Shown here piece by piece: positions 18,049 through 26,009 of a stretch of DNA of 32,000 nucleotides. Position numbers and translations under genes: made by a program. The stretch lies in the NCBI GenBank assembly GCA_021498095.1, contig JAIZWK010000001.1, positions 3,960,001 through 3,992,000 on the forward strand, written 5' to 3'. How positions within the stretch are numbered: the first letter of the stretch is position 1; each line of letters starts with the position of its first letter. The DNA is from Candidatus Harpocratesius repetitus. Lineage in GTDB: Archaea > Asgardarchaeota > Lokiarchaeia > Sigyniarchaeales > Promethearchaeaceae. Under the pieces are notes generated by a model. The model made no database searches. It saw only the letters and a program-made list of their open reading frames with translations, and was not told the DNA's origin.

Positions 18049-18291
18049 TTTCAAAATTTTAATTTGACGATCATTTTCTTCTTAAAATCCAAATTATAAA
18101 TAAAATTTGAGCGAATAAATTGACAAGGGTTATGGAATCTTTGAATTAATGAAATGAAATTCATGAAGAAATTCCAAACTTTTGATAATAAACTAAAAAA
18201 AGAATGATTTTTTATTGATTAAGATCCAAAAATTGTTATAAAATTATTAATTTTTACTACCCCTAATTTTTTATCTTCTTATATTTTATTA

Positions 18292-18843
18292 ATGTTATAC
18301 ATGAAAGAAGCGGAAATTAAAATTCTTTTAGAGATTAAAGAAAATCTTATTCACATTATTCAAACAAAAACAGCAGATCTTGAAAAGATAAAACAAGAAA
18401 TCGATAATATTAATTCCCAAGTTGAGAAAATAAATCAATTAATTTCAAGTGGGAGTTTTATTACAGCTGCAAATTTAATTGATGCAGAAGCTGCTGCAAA
18501 AAAAAAAATATCTATTACCAGTAATACTGAAATGGTTAAAAAAATCTTTTCTAGTGATAAATCTTTATTAGCTGATTTAAAATATTCAAATTATACAGTA
18601 AAAATTCGATTTCCTGACCCTAAAAAAGTAAATTTTTCTCAAGAATTATATATTACAAAGTTTGTAAAACCCATTTTAGTCCCTCTAAAAAAAAAAGAGC
18701 CGAGTCTTCAATCTCAAATAAGCAAACTGGAAATTGATAATGAATTATTTATTTCTTCAATTATTTTACAAAATGTGAACCAATTTGATAGTTTTTCTTC
18801 CATTTATGAAAGTCTAATAGATCTATTACGAAAAAATGTTTAA
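18292..18843 (+). CDS. Hypothetical protein, N-terminal coiled coil plus alpha/beta C-terminal domain
   Basis: 183-aa ORF (ATG 18292 or 18301). Heptad-like N-terminus (LLEIKENLIHIIQTKTADLEKIKQEIDNINSQVEKINQLI) followed by an SFITA motif. Confidence 0.7.
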   Translation: MLYMKEAEIKILLEIKENLIHIIQTKTADLEKIKQEIDNINSQVEKINQLISSGSFITAANLIDAEAAAKKKISITSNTEMVKKIFSSDKSLLADLKYSNYTVKIRFPDPKKVNFSQELYITKFVKPILVPLKKKEPSLQSQISKLEIDNELFISSIILQNVNQFDSFSSIYESLIDLLRKNV

Positions 18844-18962
18844 TTATTACCTATAAAATTACTTTAATATACCAACTTTTGATATTTTTTTATCGTAAAT
18901 TAAAAAGCAAAATCTTAAAGCATGATTCATAACATATTATAATAAGAAAGAGAAGAGTAGAA

Positions 18963-19799
18963 TTGATGATGGCAAAAAAACCGAAAAAAGCTATTCTCAT
19001 TTACCCTAAAATTCACTCCACTTATAATAGTGATGCAATTGAGACTGCTTTAGTAAATAAAGCAAAAGAATTGCTGGAATTGGATGAAGAAGAGATCAAT
19101 TTTATCTTTTTAAGCGGAAATTTCTTTGACGCAAGAGGTTGGGCATATTCTGCAATACGTTCTTGGCGTGGTGCAATTAAACCTTCAAGTTCAAAAAAAA
19201 GACCAATATTGGATGCAACATTTGCATGCTTATCTGTATATCTTTCCTCATTAATAAGTTTTCAAGCGGATTTTGCTTTTGCATATGACGAAATTAAAGA
19301 AATCTTGAACGAGAAAGGTCGTGATGATTTGTGGGCAATTATTGAAGAGAAACTACCATTTGTTTCATTACCACCAGCAGAAATGTTCCCTCCAGGCTTA
19401 AAATCACCAATTGCACCATATTATACGTTAAAACAAGATGAAGAATTGTTTTTAGGTGAATTATATAGCACAGTATTTTTATCAAATTATGTAAAAAACA
19501 TGAAATCGCGTTATTATGTATATTTTTCATACAGGGGATATAGTGCATTTGGTTATTTTTCAGCTTTACCAAAAACAGATAATTTTGGATTCGATCAACC
19601 TCCACGAGACTTTAATATGGATCCTACAGAAGAAAATTTTGTGAACTTTATTAAAAGTTCCACAACTTTGAAAGATTTAATGATGGCACTTATTGAAGCC
19701 CATAATAACTCATTACTAGAACAATTCCTCGTGGATGATTATGAAACATTTTTAAATCAATTATTAGAAATTGAAGAAATAGATGAAGGAGAGGGCTAA
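18963..19799 (+). CDS. Hypothetical protein (about 277 aa), probably co-transcribed with the GTPase
   Basis: Long ORF with normal composition and no recognisable domain. Its stop is 2 nt before the GTPase ATG. The real start is probably ATG 18966 or 18969. Confidence 0.75.
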   Translation: MMMAKKPKKAILIYPKIHSTYNSDAIETALVNKAKELLELDEEEINFIFLSGNFFDARGWAYSAIRSWRGAIKPSSSKKRPILDATFACLSVYLSSLISFQADFAFAYDEIKEILNEKGRDDLWAIIEEKLPFVSLPPAEMFPPGLKSPIAPYYTLKQDEELFLGELYSTVFLSNYVKNMKSRYYVYFSYRGYSAFGYFSALPKTDNFGFDQPPRDFNMDPTEENFVNFIKSSTTLKDLMMALIEAHNNSLLEQFLVDDYETFLNQLLEIEEIDEGEG

Positions 19800-19801
19800 A
19801 A

Positions 19802-20416
19802 ATGGCAAATATAGGTTTACTTGGAGCAGTCTCAGTCGGAAAAACTACAATCTTGCGTTTATTTGTGAAATACCTCAAAACAAAGAAAATTGTTGATGTT
19901 AAGGGTGGAAAGGAATGTGTGGTGGTAAAAACGGATTTTTCAGGAGAAGCTGTTTTAGATCCTGAGACAGGTGTCAAAGAAACAAAAACAATTCACCCTA
20001 ATCGAGTAGTTTTTCGAGAAGTTGATACTCATAAAAACCATACATTGTTTGCACCAGGGGGTGATCGAGGGCGTGCAGTAGTACGAATGGGTGTTATTAC
20101 AATTTCCAGAATTGCTAAACAAATTATTGCAGTTTTTGCATGTGATCGCCCAGTAAAGGATCAATTTCAATTCTTCCGAGATGTGCGGTTTTTCCCTGGA
20201 CAGATATATGTTTGCTTTAACAAATACGATCTTGTTCCCGAAGGCGAGAGAGAATCAACGATAGAGAAAATGAAAGAAGAGATTATTGATTTCTTTATGA
20301 AACGAAAAATCTCAATAAAAGAATTTCATATTGTCTGCGCTGAAAATATTCCAAATATGGAAGAATATAATGATCGTGCTGCAGAAATGATTTTAAAAAT
20401 TGCAACAGAAAATTAA
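19802..20416 (+). CDS. Atypical small GTPase (Ras superfamily; MglA/COG2229/Arf-like)
   Basis: G1 GAVSVGKTT, G2-like KTIHPN, G3 position LFAPGG (no Asp), G4 NKYD, G5-like CAE. 204 aa with the standard strand/helix order. Confidence 0.85.
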   Translation: MANIGLLGAVSVGKTTILRLFVKYLKTKKIVDVKGGKECVVVKTDFSGEAVLDPETGVKETKTIHPNRVVFREVDTHKNHTLFAPGGDRGRAVVRMGVITISRIAKQIIAVFACDRPVKDQFQFFRDVRFFPGQIYVCFNKYDLVPEGERESTIEKMKEEIIDFFMKRKISIKEFHIVCAENIPNMEEYNDRAAEMILKIATEN

Positions 20417-20524
20417 TAAGAATTAATTCTAAATTCTGTTTTTTCATTCATTTAATATTCAGCGTTGCAACAAAATTAAATTAAAAAAAGAAGGATATAC
20501 GAAAAAAATCATTATTCAAATAAA

Positions 20525-21769
20525 TTACGTTCTGATTCGGCGAGGATTATAATGTAATGTCATCTCTGAATTAGTAACTACAATTGATTTTATCATTTTG
20601 CATTTTCGTTGTAAAGTCTCATATTTCATGGTAACTTTTTGTAATTTTGCTGGATCATTACTTTTCTTTGCTTTTCTAACTGCTTTTAAGTATTTTTTCT
20701 TCATCCGTAAAGATTTATGTATTTTTTTATATTTTTTATCATTTTCTTTCATATATCGAATCATAATAGCAAATAAAATCAAAACTCGTCTAAAAACAAC
20801 GGACCGATTTAATGACTCAAATTCTCGTTCACCTCTAAATCGAATAGTTGTTTTTCCACCAATATTCAGCATGCGATCATCGATTTCTGCAACTCTTTCT
20901 CGAGTTTCTGCATTAAAGACACGAAAATCTTTTCCTGGGGTAAAGCGACGCCCTTTAATTCTAAAAGTGATCAATTCTCCTGTTTTAGGATTAGGAATGG
21001 TGAACATATATCTGTCGCCAATTATTGAATGAGTCTTCATCAAAGCAACACGATATTCATATCCAGGTAAATTAATGAAATAAAATGGACGCGCTTTTCC
21101 ACGATTTTCTCCAAATAAGCCATTCATACTCATTAAAAGACTTTCTTCTAAAGTTCCACGCCAACGCCCAGCATGCCCCTCTTTCTTTTTATCCCGTTTT
21201 AATTCAGTAAAAGTTTTAACTACCAATCGTTTAAGCAACTTTGAGTATTCTTCAGGCTCATAATCTTGGCTGTGTTTCAAAGCTTCTTGGTAAATCACAG
21301 ATTCTTTATCTGAATGCTCCCAAAAAGAAGTATTATAACCAATTACTTCTTTGTAGTCTTTAACTTTTTGTTCTTTTCTCCTTTCTTTATAGGGTTTCCC
21401 CAAATCTTCTGGAGAATAAGCATAGAATGAAATATCACCGATAACTTCCATATTTTTGGTGAATTGTCTACTTTGGGCGCGATATTGATCTTTTTGACGA
21501 ATACCTGTTGTAGCCATATGCATTTTAGTTAACCAAGTATCAATTTCAATCCTTTTGTACCATTGGCGAGACATTTGAATTGCTTCTTTCTCACCATCAA
21601 TATCCTCTATCGAATAATCATCCATATTAAGAGATTCTTCTTCATCCGATCCTATCTCAAGTTCTTGAATTTCGTCTACAACTTCATCAACATCTTCAAA
21701 ATCTTTATCATCAAGTTCCTCATCATATGATTCGGAGTCTTCTTGATTTTCCTCAGGTTCTTCACTCAT
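20525..21769 (-). CDS. Hypothetical protein with an acidic N-tail and a LURP-one/tubby-C/scramblase-like domain
   Basis: The ATG at 21769 follows AGGTGA (the track's GTG 21778 lies within that SD). About 60 D/E-rich residues come first, then repeated beta-hairpins (FRIKGRRFTPGKDFRVF...RVAEIDDRMLNIGGKTTIRF) and a hydrophobic helix (FRRVLILFAIMIRY). Confidence 0.7.
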   Translation of the reverse strand: MSEEPEENQEDSESYDEELDDKDFEDVDEVVDEIQELEIGSDEEESLNMDDYSIEDIDGEKEAIQMSRQWYKRIEIDTWLTKMHMATTGIRQKDQYRAQSRQFTKNMEVIGDISFYAYSPEDLGKPYKERRKEQKVKDYKEVIGYNTSFWEHSDKESVIYQEALKHSQDYEPEEYSKLLKRLVVKTFTELKRDKKKEGHAGRWRGTLEESLLMSMNGLFGENRGKARPFYFINLPGYEYRVALMKTHSIIGDRYMFTIPNPKTGELITFRIKGRRFTPGKDFRVFNAETRERVAEIDDRMLNIGGKTTIRFRGEREFESLNRSVVFRRVLILFAIMIRYMKENDKKYKKIHKSLRMKKKYLKAVRKAKKSNDPAKLQKVTMKYETLQRKCKMIKSIVVTNSEMTLHYNPRRIRT

Positions 21770-21980
21770 TTTAGTCACCTAATAAAAAACTACATATTCT
21801 TCGTTAGCTATATTAACTTTCTGGGAAATCGCATATAAATTTTTCAGTTATTGATGTCTTAAATAAAAATAAAGGAATTAAAATTATTTTTCAGTGAATT
21901 CCCCCCTCTAAAGCACAAAAAATAAATTATATGCAATATTGTTTCATTTGAAAATCAATTTGATTTTTAAGGTTTTTCAA

Positions 21981-22334
21981 ATGACTACACCAACAGGTCC
22001 GAGTAATTTCTATATCAGAAAATTAGCTCGAAAATTATGGAAAACAAAACGCCCTATCTGGCGCGATGTTTCTAAACGTCTAATGGCCCCGCAGAAAAAC
22101 CGAGTCGAAATTAATTTGGCGAAAATCAATCGATTAACCCAAAAAGGAGAAACGATCATTGTTCCAGGGAAAGTTCTTGCTAATGGAACTTTAGAAAAAT
22201 CCTTGACAATTGCCTGTAAAGCAATTTCAAAATCGGCTCGTGATAAAGTCGCGGCTTCAAAATCTGAATTATTAACAATTGAAGAATTGTTGGAAAAAAA
22301 TCCAACAGGAAAAGGAGTAAGAATAATTATTTAG
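21981..22334 (+). CDS. rpl18e: 50S ribosomal protein L18e (eL18)
   Basis: MTTPTGPSN...PIWRDVSKRLMAPQKNRVEINLAKINR...IIVPGKVLANG...ELLEKNPTGKGVRII. ATG 21981 preferred over the track's TTG 21939. Confidence 0.95.
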   Translation: MTTPTGPSNFYIRKLARKLWKTKRPIWRDVSKRLMAPQKNRVEINLAKINRLTQKGETIIVPGKVLANGTLEKSLTIACKAISKSARDKVAASKSELLTIEELLEKNPTGKGVRIII

Positions 22335-22343
22335 GTGATCGAA

Positions 22344-22823
22344 ATGCAACAACCCGAATGGAAAATATTGGATGCCGCAGATATGATTATGGGTCGAATG
22401 TGCTCACAAGTGGCTAAACTTGCATTATTGGGCGAACATATTGTAATTATTAATGCTAAAGATGCTGTAATTAGTGGTCGCCGTAACCAAATTTTAGCGA
22501 AATATGTCCATCTACGTAGAGATATTCGAAATTTAAGTAATCCACGCAGAGGACCTTTTCATAATAGCAGACCAGATACATTTCTCCGACAAAAAATTAG
22601 ATTTATGCTACCTAAAAATCACCGAGGAAGAGAAGCACTTAAGCGTGTTCATGTTTATATCACAGGAATTCCAAGCATAAAAGCATCTAAATACGAAAAT
22701 GCAGAGCCAATTATTGTTCGTAATGCATCTAAAGAACGATTGAGCCATAAATATGTCACAATTGAAGATGTATGTAATAACATGGGCTGGACCCGAAAAA
22801 GGGGAAATGAACTTTCTGCTTAA
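22344..22823 (+). CDS. rpl13: 50S ribosomal protein L13 (uL13), archaeal type
   Basis: ILDAADMIMGRMCSQVAK..L.GEHIVIINAKDAVISG...RRGPFHNSRPD. AGGTGA SD precedes ATG 22344. Confidence 0.95.
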   Translation: MQQPEWKILDAADMIMGRMCSQVAKLALLGEHIVIINAKDAVISGRRNQILAKYVHLRRDIRNLSNPRRGPFHNSRPDTFLRQKIRFMLPKNHRGREALKRVHVYITGIPSIKASKYENAEPIIVRNASKERLSHKYVTIEDVCNNMGWTRKRGNELSA

Positions 22824-22842
22824 AAATTAAGGTGATTGAAAA

Positions 22843-23244
22843 ATGAAAATAATTCAAACTAGCGGAAAAAGAAAAAATGCAATTGCACGAGCCACTGTTC
22901 GTCCTGGAACTGGAATCATTCGAATTAATAAGATTCCTGTTGAGAAAATTCAACCAGAATTAGCACGAATGAAAATTGAAGAATTGTTAATAATAGTAAA
23001 TGACGAAAAACTAAAAACCATCAATATTGATATTGTAGTAGAAGGTGGTGGAGTTATAGGTCAAATTGATGCAGCTCGCATTGCACTAAGCCGAGCAATT
23101 ACTCAATTCCTAAAGAAAAAATCTGTTATTCGGGCTATCAAGGAATATGATCGATCCATGCTTTCTGGTGATTCTAGACAAGTAGAACGTAAGCATTGGG
23201 GTGGACGAAAAGCACGAAAACGATTCCAAAAGAGTTATCGTTAA
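22843..23244 (+). CDS. rps9: 30S ribosomal protein S9 (uS9)
   Basis: SGKRKNAIARA..RPGTGIIRIN...GGGVIGQIDAARIA...YDRSMLSGDSRQVERKHWGGRKARKRFQKSYR. AGGTGA SD present. Confidence 0.97.
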   Translation: MKIIQTSGKRKNAIARATVRPGTGIIRINKIPVEKIQPELARMKIEELLIIVNDEKLKTINIDIVVEGGGVIGQIDAARIALSRAITQFLKKKSVIRAIKEYDRSMLSGDSRQVERKHWGGRKARKRFQKSYR

Positions 23245-23341
23245 AGATGCATTATTCTCAATATAATTATATCAAAATACTTTTTTTTTAATCTATTTCA
23301 GAATAACATTATATCACAAAAAATTTAAAATAACGGGTCGA

Positions 23342-24217
23342 TTGATTTTGAAAATTGAAGTTTTTGAAAGAATCCAAAATGAAAATTTGGACATGGTCAA
23401 ATTTGTGCTCGATGGTGTTGGTGTAGAATTAGCCAACGCTTTTCGACGAATAATTTTGACCGAAGTTCCAACTATGGCAATCACAGAAGTTCTCTTTGTC
23501 GAAAATGATACGGTTTTATATGATGAAATGATTGCCCATCGATTAGGTCTAATTCCCTTAACAACGGATTTAAAGAATTATAATCTTCCCGAAGAATGTT
23601 CATGTGGTGGTCAAGGTTGTACTTTATGCCAAGCCCAATTAATGTGTGAAGTTCATGCAGAGAATGAACAAAAACACGTTTATTCCCGTGATTTAGAGTC
23701 CTTAGATCCAAAAATTCATCCTGTTAACGAAAATTACTTAATTGCAGAATTAGGAAAGCGAACATCATTAGTATTTGAAGCTTACGCCCAATTAGGACGT
23801 GGCAAGGATCATGCAAAATTTCAACCAGTTTGTTCTATTGGATATAAATATTTTCCCAAAGTAACTATTGATAATTCAAAATTTAGTAGTGAAGAAGAAA
23901 TTGACGAATTCTTGTTAAAAGATCACACTAAATTATTCAAAAAAGTTGATGGAAAATTAACACTAATCAAAGATTATTGGAAGGGTCCAGATTTTACGGA
24001 TTCAATTGCCAATCATGCACCTCCTGGAGCAGTTACAATTGATTTTGAACCAAATAAATTCGTATTTACTGTTGAAGGAACAGGTTCATTACCATTAAAA
24101 GAAATATTTACAAAAGCAATAGAAATATTTCTTGAAAAATTAGATGAATTTGAAGATCAATTAAAAAATGTAACAATTGAACCAATTATTTCTAAGATTT
24201 CCATGCGAAAACTCTAG
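23342..24217 (+). CDS. rpoD: DNA-directed RNA polymerase subunit D (Rpo3/RPB3 homolog)
   Basis: LANAFRRIILTEVPTMAI...NDTVLYDEMIAHRLGLIPL...CSCGGQGCTLC...LGRGKDHAKFQP...FTVEGTGSLP. The start may be TTG 23348 (MKIEV). Confidence 0.97.
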   Translation: MILKIEVFERIQNENLDMVKFVLDGVGVELANAFRRIILTEVPTMAITEVLFVENDTVLYDEMIAHRLGLIPLTTDLKNYNLPEECSCGGQGCTLCQAQLMCEVHAENEQKHVYSRDLESLDPKIHPVNENYLIAELGKRTSLVFEAYAQLGRGKDHAKFQPVCSIGYKYFPKVTIDNSKFSSEEEIDEFLLKDHTKLFKKVDGKLTLIKDYWKGPDFTDSIANHAPPGAVTIDFEPNKFVFTVEGTGSLPLKEIFTKAIEIFLEKLDEFEDQLKNVTIEPIISKISMRKL

Positions 24218-24546
24218 AGAATTCCCTTAAAAATTCCTTTTCCGACTCAAATCTAAAATATCCTTCCTAATTTTTTGTCGATTTTACCAAGGTGCTAAAT
24301 TCAAGATTTGTAAATCAAGAATTATAATAAAATAGACATTAGATTGAAGAATTTATAAACAGGATGGTAAATTTTTAACAAATTCTTTGAAAAAATCGAG
24401 TTCGACAAAAAAAGAATTGCGATATTTCAGATATAAGTCGGATATATATGAATGATATTCAAAAAAGCGTTTAAATTAAAAAAGATGAAACATCCTCAAT
24501 TAAATGAGAAAAAAAAGGATAAGCAAGAGATAATGAAATTTGTAAT

Positions 24547-25800
24547 TTATTTCTGAGCCTTATTAGCTTTTTCTTCCAAAAAGGCCCGGGCTTCAAAGAT
24601 ATTCAGTTTAACACCTTTTTTAAGCTTGTCTTTAGCATCTTCTAAGGTTAAACGTTGAATTTCTTTTTTCATTTTCTTTTTATTTTGATATTGAGCTTTT
24701 TGGGAAATTCGTTTTCGTCGATTAATTCGTTGAGAAACTTCAATTAATCGTTGATGGTAGATATCTGCTATGAATCGATTTTCATTTAACTCACGCTGTA
24801 GATTGCGCTTTTCACGACGAAGTTCATCAATTTCTTTACTACAATCTAAATATAACAAGTGATAATTTTGTGATTCTTCAGCAGAAGTCCTTAATTCTTC
24901 ATTGATTTCTGATAAATCTTTTCGATAATTTCGAATATTATCAATTTCTTCTTTAAATGGTTTAGGTTTTCGATGTTCTTTTGTTAAATCTTGAAGAGTT
25001 CGTTCTAATTTATCGATTTCATCAACAATTGCATTTTCTTCTTTTAGTTCTAAATCTTCTGTTTCGATTTTCTTTTCTAAAAATTCTATTTTTCTACGAA
25101 TTTTCCCTATTTGGGCACCTAATTTCTTGGAATTTCTGCCTTCTTCGCTTTGTTTTGCATCATTTTTAGCTTTTTTAAGCGTAGCTCGAGAATCATTTAA
25201 TAGTTCAACCATTTTTGACTTTCGTTCTTTAATCTCTTGAACTTTCTTATTCAATTGATCCCGCTTATTTCGATAATCTAATGCTTGATTTCGAACATTG
25301 GAAATCTCAATCTGAATCTTTTTGATTTTATTTATTAAATCGCGTGTTCCATCATTATGTAAATCGCGTAATTCTTTTAATTCATTTACATCTTCAATTC
25401 TTTCAGATTCTTGAGCAATTCTCTTTAATTTTGGATTTTTGCTGAGATCTATTTTCGGTTGCTTCTGCTTTCGGCGACGTTTTTTAGATTTTTTATCTTT
25501 TTCATCAGCACTTTTAGCAGATTCATCTTGTTCCGATTTCTCATCAATAGAGATTTCCGGTTTTTCGTCAGCTTCACCTTCAACTTCTAGAGGTTCATCT
25601 TCAACTTCTTCTTCATCTTCAGTCAGTAAGGTTTCAGCTTCACGATCTAACGATTCTTGTAATTCTTCATCCTTTTCAGGATCAATATCGGCTTCTTCTT
25701 CATCATCAGATGAGTCCTTTGATTCTTCATTCTCAGTTTCAGGAGATTTCTCTTCTTCTGGTTGAGGGACTTCATCTTCCGGTTCATTCTGATTAAACAT
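24547..25800 (-). CDS. Archaeal coiled-coil protein (COG1340-like) with a long acidic N-terminal tail
   Basis: RNKRDQLNKKVQEIKE, IEFLEKKIETEDLELKEENAIVDEIDKLE and the C-terminal AKDKLKKGVKLNIFE match my recollection of COG1340. The first ~100 aa are D/E-rich. Confidence 0.75.
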   Translation of the reverse strand: MFNQNEPEDEVPQPEEEKSPETENEESKDSSDDEEEADIDPEKDEELQESLDREAETLLTEDEEEVEDEPLEVEGEADEKPEISIDEKSEQDESAKSADEKDKKSKKRRRKQKQPKIDLSKNPKLKRIAQESERIEDVNELKELRDLHNDGTRDLINKIKKIQIEISNVRNQALDYRNKRDQLNKKVQEIKERKSKMVELLNDSRATLKKAKNDAKQSEEGRNSKKLGAQIGKIRRKIEFLEKKIETEDLELKEENAIVDEIDKLERTLQDLTKEHRKPKPFKEEIDNIRNYRKDLSEINEELRTSAEESQNYHLLYLDCSKEIDELRREKRNLQRELNENRFIADIYHQRLIEVSQRINRRKRISQKAQYQNKKKMKKEIQRLTLEDAKDKLKKGVKLNIFEARAFLEEKANKAQK

Positions 25801-26009
25801 TTATTTGGCACCCAAAATATATCGTATGACGATATTTATTGTGATACATAGATTTACTCTCATCTGATAAATTTAAGTAAAAAAATTCGAGATGAGATCA
25901 ATCTCCCAAAGGTTTCGATCTATTATTAACTTTACTAAATCCACGTTATCCCCTATCCCTATATGTAATTATCGAAAAATTTTTTGCCTTTCTTAAGTTT
26001 CATTTTTTA

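Noticed and set aside
16450-18090. gacga...ttcttc similarity at about 16455 and 18066 as IS ends
   Set aside because: Short, same-orientation and imperfect in AT-rich DNA. No inverted repeats or target duplication were confirmed.
21779-21980. tRNA gene upstream of rpl18e, as found in some archaeal clusters
   Set aside because: The region is very AT-rich with no cloverleaf or T-loop (GTTCRA) signature.
24218-24546. ncRNA or tRNA in the 330-bp gap after rpoD (contains gttcgac at about 24400)
   Set aside because: No pairing stems around the motif and no GC enrichment. Compatible with terminator-containing spacer.
24981-25765. Plus-strand ORFs 24981-25169 and Ser-rich 25439-25765
   Set aside because: Antisense shadows of the Glu/Asp-rich coiled-coil gene (GAA reads as TTC, and shifted frames give TCT/TCA).
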